From positions 1-58,422 of the IMG/VR virus record IMGVR_UViG_3300021963_000148: a stretch of 58,422 nucleotides of DNA. One strand, written 5' to 3'. Positions 32,001-40,165 of the stretch are shown piece after piece (positions within the stretch are counted from its first letter, which is position 1; each line of letters begins with the position of its first letter). The notes below the pieces were generated by a model. The model ran no database searches and was not told where the DNA came from. It saw nothing but the letters and a program-made list of their open reading frames with translations. Position numbers and translations under genes: made by a program. Source of the DNA: a virus (lineage: Duplodnaviria > Caudoviricetes).

Positions 32001-33863
32001 CCGGATTCGGGTGTTGTGTATGTAGACAACGAACTTATATCTTATACAGGAAAAACAGCCACAACCTTAACTGGCGCTGTTCGTAGTGCGCAATTAAGTA
32101 ATTTCCAATCAGGAGCATTAAGAAGTTACAGAGCAGGAGTTGCCGCTGACCATACTCAGAAAACTGGAGTCATTTTATTAACAAACACTACAACGCCGTT
32201 GATTAGCCACTGGGGTAGTGCGTTTTTAACTGACGGAAGATTTGACGAAGATCGAGGATATTTGTTTAGCTATACATCAACTGGTAACTCAATTTCTACT
32301 ACAAAGAAAACAGTGTTTTTGATTCGATTAGCACCATCTGTATCAAACGCGGTGGTGGGAGACTTAGGGGAAAGAGAACTGTTAAACAGAGCTCAGTTAC
32401 TGCTTAACGAAATTTCTATTGCGTCAGACACAGGCACAGGTGGTATCGTGGTTGAAGGTGTATTGAATCCACAAAACTATCCGTTGAATCCGGGCGACAT
32501 TACATGGGGTAGACTAAGCGGTCTAGCTCAAGGTGGACAACCAAGTTTTGCTCAGATCGCTCCGGGTGGTTCTGTTAACTGGGCAGGCGGCGGATCTTAT
32601 ACATTTACCACAGCTACTGCGCTTAACACAGTAACTGGTAACGCTACTGTTCCTACAGGTACTGCCTTTAACAGAAGTTCTGGAACAACTATTGCGTATG
32701 TTACAAGAACCAGTTGGGACGGTATTGGCGCTGTAGTAGGTCAAGCAGTTTCTGATGCCAAATTTCCATCAGGAACTACAGTAACCGCTAGAACACTTAG
32801 CCCAACACCTACAGCAACTACGTTGCCGCAACTATCATCTTCAGCACAACGAGTATTCACGATAGGGTCTGGCAGCTTTGTATTGTATTATTATCAAGCA
32901 AGTTGGGCAACATTACAAGGATCAACTACAGTAACTGACATTTTTACCAATGATACTAGCTTGTTTGCTGACGGCACATACGTAACAGCCGTAACAGGAC
33001 CAAGCGGCGGCTATTATACTGTTTCTTTCAGCACCCCTACACTAAGAAACAGTAACAACAATGAGTTTAATTCGTTTAGATTTGCTGGTAATAGAGCTAT
33101 TGGAAATACCATACATTTCTTCCAACAAGCTAGCTGGGCTGCTTTACCTGTTGATGTTATCGCAGGACAAACAACCAACGATGGCAAGTTTAGTGGTGGA
33201 ACTCAAATTAGTTCTGTAAGTACCCTAAGAACATTTGCGGGAACTAGTTATTATGCTGTGACTTTTAACGCAGGAAATACTGCTTTAGTTTCTGCCAGTG
33301 GTACTGTGACGTTTAATACAACGTTGTATTACACACTATCGTTTAGTAGAGCATCAACATCTGCGGTTAATAACACTAATAATATTACATTTTCGTTGGC
33401 ACAATCTACTGCTAATACTTCTACAATTTACTTTACACAAGCAAGTTGGGAAGCATCAGGCGCAGCAGCCAACACTGAAATTGCTACAACAGAAACTAAG
33501 TTTCCTGCTGGTACTCGTGTACAATCAGTAAGTACTTTACAAACATTTGCCAGCACGACCTATTACACTGTTACGTTTACTCAGACAACAAACGTTGTGA
33601 TAACTGGCGGCAATACAGTACAGTTCCAATTTGGTAATCCGCCTTATGCGTTACCGGGCGAAACTATATTTTCGTTCATTACCAATCCGGGCTCTACAGA
33701 CGCACTGAGTTTGAATAGTTTGAAAGAATTAACAACTACAGCACTTGGTGGTCGTGGCACATTCCCAAATGGTCCTGACGTATTGGCTATTAACGTGTAT
33801 AAGGTATCAGGAACAGCGGTTCCGGCAAATATTATTTTGCGTTGGTCTGAAGCTCAAGCCTAA
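26031..33863 (+). CDS. Giant virion structural protein (2610 aa) with five KCxRD helical repeats and Ser/Thr/Gly-rich beta repeats
   Basis: KC(L/E/V/T/I)RD...IDA...D.RY.G repeats; SMLDADFEYGLQPTKW; G..Y...D.I.I.GT.LGG..P.ND repeats; RQSKKYIRYQSGKG; IQYTWYGAG. Confidence 0.75.
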   Translation: MAKKKINNYVFRPGMSYLGNLKPNAYASILANREHLKKELSGFINRRVTVDTAFQYYPEAIRLLTNNRTYMQYEVVAWIQYQVANNIAPFVGYTYDSAKCLRDTLYNIDAYIHDLRYGGNEETRRIAGFYWIGSTPQIDGPRTPETAAYTFLRSLINNYILTRTAAPSYQGTYSQYTTSPSAESQVASKVTALTQITIDVITNGLSSLPAIQYKASTYENYTYSVEKCERDFGFVIDAYLNDLRYDGTEDTTRVVKLYYDGDTLQVDGSGQAEVEAHRFIRERINSNIIQNVVGTEDYTEAVRLLTENKTYLQYEVTAWIQDQIDTASKCVRDIGYLIDGVQYDVVLGTNYNAVFLGLAEYNSLDNDFIVLDTIRRAGLEVADLTAVAASTAATTRATTFFNEVRDIATNGRTAADVITFTNPTSATASQIAAKDKLIANKNFLAAEVNAWVADTYPLHDHDEAKCTRDVKYAIDAICYDILYGGNSATYDQAKFFFYGFASGAPGIDPTHRLQTVAAYGRLKTIIAQVVQGVPVIKTTTGSTPNTLTQVTSGANASSGDATTIQTLVQITADVVNATTQAAANLILASIPRTLPNVSWAPTALQNAQSAIAAAKTTIVNGVVDFNGFTYDQAKCIRDAGYVIDAYIYDLRYNGNEETYRVTTKYYYGNEIQVDGDRYPEAYAHTFLRNTINNYILPRIVAPSFQNVYTQVTTSPSAESGATSRITALSDVLINLLLNGTGSLPAISYRTVPYQVLTPQVVTVGLTPETGAAAKIVELSNILLTLIPGGLSVLATPISSTYGRLKIQGKYTTDDFLLITNTSTNNIIYNFSNIDTGGTIEQEVLEDDDFVKFLQTTDGVTSIKLNYDTSSMSSNDDIQIFVENSEQIVRPYDFGTDAIERHRVATPQSMLDADFEYGLQPTKWQAIAVARGYPSIYEIPGTDQDVTSILSDASAGTSGVGGSLITVTTNSSHGFSVGTPVTIRGLTQSIPSVSRAEGSFVITAVPTNRTFSYYAKARVGTANPTELSTTFAQIRQGGFYTGAEIGTPVFTVTSNGTSGTLSTAWNIATSSNRIAFTGTAPELGAPITGTGLGVGSQVTSILGTGGVVVTPLLTADYPIGTTVVSVSSTSSVQVGLGVSDGSGTATFVTEINGLDLTLSRPLAAAIKGNTVTYSGISGTNVVGIGSSATFDITRDNTTTYSSIILNTPGTDYAEGDTIKILGTALGGTSTANDLYLNVETIGGGGSIVSVSVIEGEANPVANQTVTGVDNTVYTTAAAGTGAVFQVTRSGSAYTAGITTAGSNYSNSETFTVPGTVFTLGASPANDVTITVSQVANSYTSIIQDSTTGVGSAAQFSISRNGTVYSVTLTNPGSAYIDTEVLTIFGTQLGGASPANDLTISVVSTTLTGGISTFTSSGLASNLSGAITEVAVTGTGAYQVTYTNIGGSNVAALGTSAQFTVTRTGSTYSSITVSNGGTNYRVGNKILLSGTSLGGATPTNDVEVTVGTVSTGAIVDPIFIGTHTASAGFTFALYSSITVSEFTTAVIPQSTTLSFAALATIRVDFLAAHGIPPGGAFIVVPTSDNGSNNHTLAGGSYTATSIPTATSLSYQARAAGSISGTITGRIYARPDSFFTHRPFDGGVQLGTGGPQHGVQAVRQSKKYIRYQSGKGIMYTTGALFAPSYDIQNIVAEGVEVGSVITITLDENDHGFQIGAKVRITGVITPGYDSNTEYYPDEDYTVTEVVSERVFRVTALRRLGSKIPTLGFSCQVSTLNWKGAVVRAGAFDDQNGMFWEYNGDELAVVQRSSTKQLAGTITAVPGSNTIIGTNSRFLDQLKAGDFVVVKGMTHVITTVASDTSITVNPDFRGVSTVTGSKICLVTDKRVPQHEFNRDRLDGTGPSGYKVDITKMQMIGIQYTWYGAGFIDFMIRGSDGNFVFAHRMRNSNVNSEAFMRTGNLPVRYEVANYGAVSRLTSSISPSASTIPVESTEFFPDSGVVYVDNELISYTGKTATTLTGAVRSAQLSNFQSGALRSYRAGVAADHTQKTGVILLTNTTTPLISHWGSAFLTDGRFDEDRGYLFSYTSTGNSISTTKKTVFLIRLAPSVSNAVVGDLGERELLNRAQLLLNEISIASDTGTGGIVVEGVLNPQNYPLNPGDITWGRLSGLAQGGQPSFAQIAPGGSVNWAGGGSYTFTTATALNTVTGNATVPTGTAFNRSSGTTIAYVTRTSWDGIGAVVGQAVSDAKFPSGTTVTARTLSPTPTATTLPQLSSSAQRVFTIGSGSFVLYYYQASWATLQGSTTVTDIFTNDTSLFADGTYVTAVTGPSGGYYTVSFSTPTLRNSNNNEFNSFRFAGNRAIGNTIHFFQQASWAALPVDVIAGQTTNDGKFSGGTQISSVSTLRTFAGTSYYAVTFNAGNTALVSASGTVTFNTTLYYTLSFSRASTSAVNNTNNITFSLAQSTANTSTIYFTQASWEASGAAANTEIATTETKFPAGTRVQSVSTLQTFASTTYYTVTFTQTTNVVITGGNTVQFQFGNPPYALPGETIFSFITNPGSTDALSLNSLKELTTTALGGRGTFPNGPDVLAINVYKVSGTAVPANIILRWSEAQA

Positions 33864-33867
33864 ACCG

Positions 33868-33897
33868 TTGACATCTTAGGGTCATACCGTATAAAAT
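33868..33897 (+). promoter_or_regulatory. Sigma70-like promoter TTGACA-N18-TAAAAT
   Basis: TTGACA at 33868-33873, TAAAAT at 33892-33897, ATG 5 nt downstream; the -10 is flanked by the inverted repeat GGGTCATAC/GTATGACCC. Confidence 0.6.
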
Positions 33898-33902
33898 ATA
33901 GT

Positions 33903-34295
33903 ATGACCCGAATATTCGTTAACGGCACTTTTGACATTTTACATATTGGACATCTAGAACTGCTGAAATATGCTCGCAGTTTAGGTGACCATCTCACCGT
34001 TGGCATTGACTCTGATGCTAGAGTATCCAGGCTCAAAGGCCCAACTCGACCAATAAACAATCAACAAGAACGAACAACAATGTTACAGCATCTACGATCA
34101 GTTGATGATGTTGTAGTTTTTGATACAGAACAAGAACTAGTTGATCTTATTGCCAATTCGGATATTATAGTCAAAGGCAGCGACTATCAAGGAAAGCCTA
34201 TTGTAGGCGCACATGTTAGTAAGCAATTAGTATTTTTTGAAAGAATCGATGGATATTCAACAACAGAAAAAATTCAAGATATTATTGATCGGTGA
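33903..34295 (+). CDS. hldC: Heptose-1-phosphate nucleotidyltransferase (HldE domain II / HldC-like)
   Basis: NGTFDILHIGH (HIGH motif), VGIDSD..V.RLKGPTRPIN, VKGSDY, GYSTT. Confidence 0.85.
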   Translation: MTRIFVNGTFDILHIGHLELLKYARSLGDHLTVGIDSDARVSRLKGPTRPINNQQERTTMLQHLRSVDDVVVFDTEQELVDLIANSDIIVKGSDYQGKPIVGAHVSKQLVFFERIDGYSTTEKIQDIIDR

Positions 34296-34998
34296 CAACT
34301 GCCTTGACATATATCAATACGGCACCGTAGATAGAATCAGTCCAGAAGCCCCTGTGCCAGTGTTTAAGTTTAGCTACGAAGAACACAGTCCGGGTATGGC
34401 TGGCAATGTTGCTTGTAATCTAAAAGCACTAGGCTGTGATGTTGACTACTTACACGGAGAGACTAGTACAAAAACTAGACTTGTAGATATTCGCAGTAAA
34501 CAACAGATTGTTAGAATAGATAATGATGTTGTTTCACAACCTATTGAATTTGAAACAGCAATACCTAAAATCTATGATGCTATTGTTATCAGCGACTACG
34601 ATAAAGGCACAGTGTCTTACGATATTATTGAAGAAGCTATTGCTACTAGAATGCCTGTGTTTGTTGACACAAAAAAAACAGATCTAGAACGACTTCAAGG
34701 TGCTTGGGTTAAAATTAACGAATTAGAATACAGCAAAATTAAATCTGAGTGTACAGGATTAATAGTTACCAAAGGTGCTAAAGGCGCAGTAATACCACAT
34801 CATGAATTTTCTTCTTCTGCTCCTGTGGTTGAAGTAGTGGATGTTACCGGAGCTGGAGACACATTTCTAGCTGCGTTAACGTATATGTATCTAGAAACAA
34901 AACAAATTACATCTGCTGTAGATTTTTCTAACAAAGCTGCGTCAATAACAGTACAACACGTAGGTTGTTATGCTCCAAATTTAAAGGAAATAAAATGA
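34249..34998 (+). CDS. hldA: Heptose-7-phosphate kinase (HldE domain I / HldA-like, PfkB family)
   Basis: IGD.CLD.Y.YG.VDRISPEAPVPV, GMAGNVA.NL, KTR, SDYDKG, VDVTGAGDTF. Start taken at ATG 34249 (TTG at 34237 is an alternative). Confidence 0.88.
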   Translation: MDIQQQKKFKILLIGDNCLDIYQYGTVDRISPEAPVPVFKFSYEEHSPGMAGNVACNLKALGCDVDYLHGETSTKTRLVDIRSKQQIVRIDNDVVSQPIEFETAIPKIYDAIVISDYDKGTVSYDIIEEAIATRMPVFVDTKKTDLERLQGAWVKINELEYSKIKSECTGLIVTKGAKGAVIPHHEFSSSAPVVEVVDVTGAGDTFLAALTYMYLETKQITSAVDFSNKAASITVQHVGCYAPNLKEIK

Positions 34999-35393
34999 CA
35001 CAATTACAAGGTTATCAAGAAAAAGGGTGGGGTTACGAATTAATATTTGCCACCAACGAGCATTATACAGGAAAAATTTTATGCTTTACAAAAGTAGGTG
35101 CTAAGTTCAGCATGCACTTTCACAAAGACAAAGTAGAAACTTGGTTTGTTAATACTGGAAAATTTAAAGTTCGATGGATAGATACTAGTAACGCAATCCT
35201 TTTTGAAAAGGAACTTAACACCGGCGACACTTGGCATAATCCTCCACTTCAGCCACATCAATTAGAAGCACTAACACCAAACGCAATGATTTTTGAAGTA
35301 AGCACTGCGGATTCTGTTGAAGACAATTATAGAATTATTCCAGGTGACAGTCAAGTAGTGTTGCCCGCAGACGGTGAAGGTACATTGTCATGA
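34995..35393 (+). CDS. Cupin, mannose-6-phosphate isomerase type II-like
   Basis: KGWGYE...FSMHFH..K.ETW...GD.WHNPP.QPHQL...FEVST; ATG at 34995 with AAGGA RBS and ATGA overlap. Confidence 0.75.
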   Translation: MTQLQGYQEKGWGYELIFATNEHYTGKILCFTKVGAKFSMHFHKDKVETWFVNTGKFKVRWIDTSNAILFEKELNTGDTWHNPPLQPHQLEALTPNAMIFEVSTADSVEDNYRIIPGDSQVVLPADGEGTLS

Positions 35394-35881
35394 ACATCTA
35401 TCTAGACATGGATGATGTAGTTGCTGATTGGTTTGGCTACGCTAGAGCCTATCTCAAAGAACCGTTTTTTAAAGATGGCGACTTACTGCCTGAGACAACT
35501 TGGCGTAGGCTCAAAGATGATCAGCGAATGTATAGTAAGCTGCCAATAAAAGAAGGAGCTCACGAATTAGTAAAATGGGTCACTGATTATAAAACAAAAA
35601 CAAACTGTGGATTGTATTTTTTAAGTGCTATTCCTAAAGGCAATGACATGCCATGGGCTCCACAGGATAAAGTATTTTGGGCATTTGAAAATTTCCCACA
35701 CATTCCAGTATTTCTTGGTCCTTACAGCTATGAAAAACATATGCACTGTCGTAACGTAGGCGACATTCTAATTGACGACAGGACCTCAAATTGCGAAGAA
35801 TGGATTCAAGCTGGCGGCCGAGCACACATTTATAAAGATTGGCCTAATTGTAAAACTTGGCTGGAGAAGACCCTAGGATGA
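35390..35881 (+). CDS. HAD phosphatase, 5'(3')-deoxyribonucleotidase (NT5C)-like
   Basis: IYLDMDDVVADW (DxD motif I), FLSA, K..W, ILIDDR..NC.EW..AGG. Confidence 0.75.
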   Translation: MNIYLDMDDVVADWFGYARAYLKEPFFKDGDLLPETTWRRLKDDQRMYSKLPIKEGAHELVKWVTDYKTKTNCGLYFLSAIPKGNDMPWAPQDKVFWAFENFPHIPVFLGPYSYEKHMHCRNVGDILIDDRTSNCEEWIQAGGRAHIYKDWPNCKTWLEKTLG

Positions 35882-36750
35882 TAGTAGTTACTGGCGCAGC
35901 GGGATTTATAGGATCTAATATAGTTCATGGCCTAAACAAACTAGGACGCACTGACATTATCTGTGTTGACAATTCTCGTGCTAATATAGAGTTGACCTAT
36001 GACAAATGGCTTTCTATTGACGAGTTTTATGAAGAATTTAACAAATGGAATAAAGTTGAGGTTGTTTATCACGAGGGTGCGATATCTAGTACAACAGAAC
36101 GTGATAAAAATCTAATACACAGAAAAAATAAAAATCCCACAGTGTTTCTTATAGATAAAGCAATCGAACATGATTTTCTTTTATCATATGCTAGCTCTGC
36201 TAGTGTGTATGGAGCCGGGCCGTTGTTTAAAGAAAATCAATCTCTCGATCCTAGATCTTTGTACGCACAAAGCAAAGCCGACACAGATTACTATACCGCT
36301 ATCAAACTATTAGAAAATCCTAGAGCTAAGTTACAAGGCTGGAGATATTTTAATGTATATGGCAATGGTGAAAAGCACAAAGGAGCGCAGGCAAGTCCTA
36401 TACACAAGTTTTCTCAACAGGCACAGATAGAAGGAACTGTGTTTGTATTCAAAGGCAGTGAAAATTTTCTAAGAGATTTTATCTGTGTTGATGATATTGT
36501 TAATATTAAATTGTCAGTAGGACACTGGCACAGCGGTATATTCAATTTAGGCACAGGCACAGTTATTTCTTTCAAAGATGTAGCTGAGCTTGTTGCTAAA
36601 AAATACAATGCTTCGATAAAAGAAATTGAATTTCCTGCTGAATTAGAAGGGCAGTATCAGACGTACACCTGTGCTGATATAGAAAAATTAAAATCAGTGA
36701 TTGGGGATTACCAATTTATTTCGGTAAAAGATTTTCTAGATCGACTCTAA
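35878..36750 (+). CDS. hldD: ADP-L-glycero-D-manno-heptose 6-epimerase
   Basis: MIVVTGAAGFIGSNIV, HEGAISSTTE, YASSASVYG, YAQSK, RYFNVYGNGEKHKGAQAS, RDFI, YQTYTCAD. Confidence 0.88.
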   Translation: MIVVTGAAGFIGSNIVHGLNKLGRTDIICVDNSRANIELTYDKWLSIDEFYEEFNKWNKVEVVYHEGAISSTTERDKNLIHRKNKNPTVFLIDKAIEHDFLLSYASSASVYGAGPLFKENQSLDPRSLYAQSKADTDYYTAIKLLENPRAKLQGWRYFNVYGNGEKHKGAQASPIHKFSQQAQIEGTVFVFKGSENFLRDFICVDDIVNIKLSVGHWHSGIFNLGTGTVISFKDVAELVAKKYNASIKEIEFPAELEGQYQTYTCADIEKLKSVIGDYQFISVKDFLDRL

Positions 36751-36973
36751 GTTTGTTGAGTTCGGCTCGAGCGTCGACATGAAAAGAATAATTAATTGGA
36801 GCCCAAGCAACGTTTTCCAAAGTGTCGTCGATTCTTTTTACAGCATCTGTAAATCGACGAAAAAGTTTTTCAGCTTGAGCTTTTTTGTCGCCGTCTAATT
36901 GATCTATAACTTCTTTAAATCGATCAAAATCTTTTTTAAACTGAGCATTATTTTTAATAGTTAAGAATGTCAT
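36716..36973 (-). CDS. Hypothetical helical protein
   Basis: 85 aa ORF overlapping the upstream ORF by ATGA. Confidence 0.55.
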   Translation of the reverse strand: MTFLTIKNNAQFKKDFDRFKEVIDQLDGDKKAQAEKLFRRFTDAVKRIDDTLENVAWAPINYSFHVDARAELNKLRVDLENLLPK

Positions 36974-37356
36974 AGGTCTTTCCCCATTAATAATATTGTG
37001 TTTATTTTGGTTTGAATTATTTTATTTGCCAGTGTTGCTTTTAGCCCACTGTGTAAATTTTTTGGAAGATTAGTCAACGTTGCCCAGCAATAAGTTTCAT
37101 CGTTGCTGGCTGTGAAATCATCGTTGATCAAACAGATGTATGTGGAAAATTCAAACCCTTGATCTTGACTCAAATATAATTCTATTGGAATTAATTTTGA
37201 TTCTTTATCATAGTATGATTTGATAACTGGAGTCGCATCTTCAATAACAGACTGTGATCGAGTAAATGTAGGCACAATCCATTTTCCTTCGTTCAACAGA
37301 AGAAAAATTCTAGAAGATTTTTTTGAAATAAAAAGTATACCGGCATGTTTCTGCAT
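36970..37356 (-). CDS. Degenerate Nudix-fold-like protein
   Basis: AGILF...RIFLLL...W..P, F.F.TY.C...F, YCW....LPK.LH.GL resemble phage Nudix proteins but no GX5EX7REUXEE box is present. Start placed at MQKHAG after TACATA-N5. Confidence 0.45.
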   Translation of the reverse strand: MQKHAGILFISKKSSRIFLLLNEGKWIVPTFTRSQSVIEDATPVIKSYYDKESKLIPIELYLSQDQGFEFSTYICLINDDFTASNDETYCWATLTNLPKNLHSGLKATLANKIIQTKINTILLMGKDL

Positions 37357-37373
37357 GCTAATATGTATCAACC

Positions 37374-38816
37374 TTAAAGATCAAAACTCCAATATCCGGC
37401 AGTGTATTCACCTTCAAATGACTTGAGCCACTGTTCTCCATCCCACTTATATTGAATTTTAGTTCTTAAATTAGTAACATAAGAAACAGTATCGACGCTG
37501 GCCGAATTAAACGATACTACCCAATTTGTGCCGTTCCACTCAATTATGTCATTAGCTTTGGCTACAAGATCAACGTTGGTAACGCCTTTCCACCCATCAG
37601 CACCATCTGTGTTATTTTCGTTGCCAATGTCCTCTAAGATCAAATATCTAGTTCCTACAGGGATATTTGCTTTAGATTCAAATGCGGTCAACGGATTAAA
37701 TGTCTGTGGATTAATTATTGATGTAACATGAGTTAGTGTATTGGTTGGCAATGTTCCAGAATCAAATGACACAACCAAGTAGGTTGGATCTAATTCGTTG
37801 ACTGAGAATGTGCCTATAATTTCGCTGCCATTTGGTTGTAAAAATCTAATTCTACTAATATCAGCTTTATAACCTACATACTGTAACAATACTTTATTCC
37901 AGTCAATGCGTTCGCCTTGTTTGACTCCCATTTCTAAACCCATTTCTTTAATGGCTTCGTTGGGATCTAACACGGACACATAATAGGTGTTCATATCAAC
38001 ACCTGTTATTGATTTATCAGCAACCAACAACACACCGTATTGGCCAGGGGTTACTATAGATGCGTATAAGTTAGCCTCTGGACCGTCAGTGATATCAAGA
38101 TTAAATGCCAGTTCATTTACAGGTCTTAATTCGCCGTCGGCATTAAACATATTCATAATAATGTTTTGTATAACACCAAGTTTTTTAACTTTAGCAGGCG
38201 GGCTAATGTATATAGGCATTTCAAAATCTAAAGTACAAATATCAATTTCGTCTTCAGTGCCAGCAGGTATTGTTCTTGAACTGAATGTTGAACTAACTAA
38301 ATCAATGACACTTAAACTAGTCCAATCAATATAGTTGTCTGTGGTTTGTACTTCAAGACTTGGATTAAACAGTACTAGGATTTGCTCTAACAGTTGTAAT
38401 TTTTGATCTGTGTTTGAAGACCATATGTCAGCTCTCATGCTTAACTTAAACGGAGTAGGCATCAAACGTTCTACGGTATACCCACCGCCTTGATAATTTT
38501 CATAAAGAGGTTTTCCGTTTTCATCATATTCACTAAACGCTCTTTCTCTTATGTTAACTTTTGATACAAAACTAGGATCAGCTAATCTTGATCTGTCTAT
38601 TTCTAGACTTGTGATATAACATGCCACACGTGGCACAGATGGTAATTTGTTGCTGGAATTTTCAGCAATAATACTGCCAACTTGTCTACTAAGGTCACCG
38701 TAAAGCACAGGCACTTGGCGTAAGGTGCCGTCACCTGACTTGTAATTAAAACCTATAAAGATACGCATAAACTGAGTAACGTATCGTCTTATCTGTCCGT
38801 CGTAGAAAAAATCCAT
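37374..38816 (-). CDS. Tail sheath stabiliser/terminator, T4 gp15-like
   Basis: FFYDGQIRRY..QF.RIF, VPV.YG, P.P..L...DIW..N.DQKLQLLEQIL.LFNP, L.F.MPIYISPP; C-terminal extension. Confidence 0.75.
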   Translation of the reverse strand: MDFFYDGQIRRYVTQFMRIFIGFNYKSGDGTLRQVPVLYGDLSRQVGSIIAENSSNKLPSVPRVACYITSLEIDRSRLADPSFVSKVNIRERAFSEYDENGKPLYENYQGGGYTVERLMPTPFKLSMRADIWSSNTDQKLQLLEQILVLFNPSLEVQTTDNYIDWTSLSVIDLVSSTFSSRTIPAGTEDEIDICTLDFEMPIYISPPAKVKKLGVIQNIIMNMFNADGELRPVNELAFNLDITDGPEANLYASIVTPGQYGVLLVADKSITGVDMNTYYVSVLDPNEAIKEMGLEMGVKQGERIDWNKVLLQYVGYKADISRIRFLQPNGSEIIGTFSVNELDPTYLVVSFDSGTLPTNTLTHVTSIINPQTFNPLTAFESKANIPVGTRYLILEDIGNENNTDGADGWKGVTNVDLVAKANDIIEWNGTNWVVSFNSASVDTVSYVTNLRTKIQYKWDGEQWLKSFEGEYTAGYWSFDL

Positions 38817-40132
38817 TATTCGTCTGCCTTAGGTCTTAAAGCCTTGCTAAGGCTTTGCTTCTCTGGTACTTGTTTGCCGTCAATGGTATTGACTTTGGTA
38901 TTATTAATAAATGTTCCTCGCTGATTTAATCTTGGCTCAGCTGACTCAGAACCGTTATTGCTCATGGTCATACGCACATTATCTTCGTACTTGACCCAAC
39001 GTTTGCCATCGTATCTAAACAATCGTTTAGGAAAATAATCTGTTCGTAGACAAAATTGCCCTTCTACCGGCGATAAAGGAAATGCTATACCGCTGGTAAA
39101 GGGAGCACCGTTTGGTGGCAATGCTTCTTGGTGATAGCTATCATAACCATCTTTAACTGGATGAGCTACTACATAACTAGCATCTACGCCTGCGTTTGGA
39201 TCGTCATTGTCAACCGTAACTGCTTCGCCATCGGCGGTTACTAGTTTTATTTTACCATTGTCATCTAACGGAACAGTATAAAACATAGAAGTATCATATC
39301 CACTTTTTGGAGCATCGGCTTCTGCTTGATCTAAAACTGCCTGTGTTATTTGCATTTCAGTTTCATAGGTACTCATTATATCTCTAAGAGTATCGGCATC
39401 TCGATAGTAAGTGGTATTTGGTGGAGTGACACCTGTGACTTCTGATATCACTGTGTATTTTCTACCGTCTGGTCCTGTTACTACATCATCTGGATAATAG
39501 GTAGTTGTAGATGACCACCCGCCTTTGTAATTTTCAGTATCGGCAATGCCGTCTAAAATTTGTTTAAACTCTTGACTGTCTACTAACGGTTTACATTTTG
39601 CTCGATATAGATGAGGATACCATGTTGCTGAGAAACCTTCAGCTGCTCTATTAACTTCTTGTATAACATAAAATCTTTTAAGAGCAAACTTAAGATCATT
39701 AAGAGCATACTCGTCCTTAAGATGCGGTAATTCTAATACATCGCCTGCCATAATCTTACGACCTAATTTTTCTACAGTATCGTTAATATGGAAGGTGATA
39801 AAAATTGTATCGTTTTGTAAAAATAAACCAAATTGACTTAGGTTAAAATCTATGTCTTGAATATTGTATATGCCTCTCATTACATAAACATCAGGGTCAT
39901 ACTTGCGATCACGATTTTCTAAAAATAACAAATCTTGTATTTGAAGCTCAGGAATACCGCCTGTGTATTGCGGAGTCGTTGGTGTACTTTCGCCTGGTAG
40001 CGGAGCGCCTGGTCCTACGTATTTGTGGACTAAAACGTCGGTTCCGCCTACTTGGAACATTTCCCAAATATTGCGATCAAAGAACCTATAATCGTTGCCC
40101 TTTTCGGGCTTGTATAATGAAAGTCTTGGCAT
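38816..40132 (-). CDS. Neck protein, T4 gp14-like
   Basis: MPRLSLY...DLLFLENRDRKY...FNLSQFGLFLQND...GDVLELPHL...WYPHLYR; located between gp13- and gp15-like genes. Start taken at 40132. Confidence 0.65.
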   Translation of the reverse strand: MPRLSLYKPEKGNDYRFFDRNIWEMFQVGGTDVLVHKYVGPGAPLPGESTPTTPQYTGGIPELQIQDLLFLENRDRKYDPDVYVMRGIYNIQDIDFNLSQFGLFLQNDTIFITFHINDTVEKLGRKIMAGDVLELPHLKDEYALNDLKFALKRFYVIQEVNRAAEGFSATWYPHLYRAKCKPLVDSQEFKQILDGIADTENYKGGWSSTTTYYPDDVVTGPDGRKYTVISEVTGVTPPNTTYYRDADTLRDIMSTYETEMQITQAVLDQAEADAPKSGYDTSMFYTVPLDDNGKIKLVTADGEAVTVDNDDPNAGVDASYVVAHPVKDGYDSYHQEALPPNGAPFTSGIAFPLSPVEGQFCLRTDYFPKRLFRYDGKRWVKYEDNVRMTMSNNGSESAEPRLNQRGTFINNTKVNTIDGKQVPEKQSLSKALRPKADE

Positions 40133-40139
40133 AGTCATA

Positions 40140-40160
40140 TATTTACCGCAGCAATAAATA
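40140..40160. promoter_or_regulatory. Back-to-back divergent late promoters
   Basis: GGTAAATA on the minus strand (40140-40147) and AATAAATA on the plus strand (40153-40160). Confidence 0.65.
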
Positions 40161-40165
40161 CTAGC

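Noticed and set aside
597-33000. Many short antisense or alternate-frame ORFs inside the giant genes
   Set aside because: They are shadows of the Thr/Gly/Val-rich codon bias, with no RBS or recognisable motifs.
33903-36750. Bacterial chromosomal LPS locus or chimeric assembly
   Set aside because: Composition matches the flanking phage genes, the genes are short and overlapping, and the promoter layout is shared with phage genes; read coverage would settle it.
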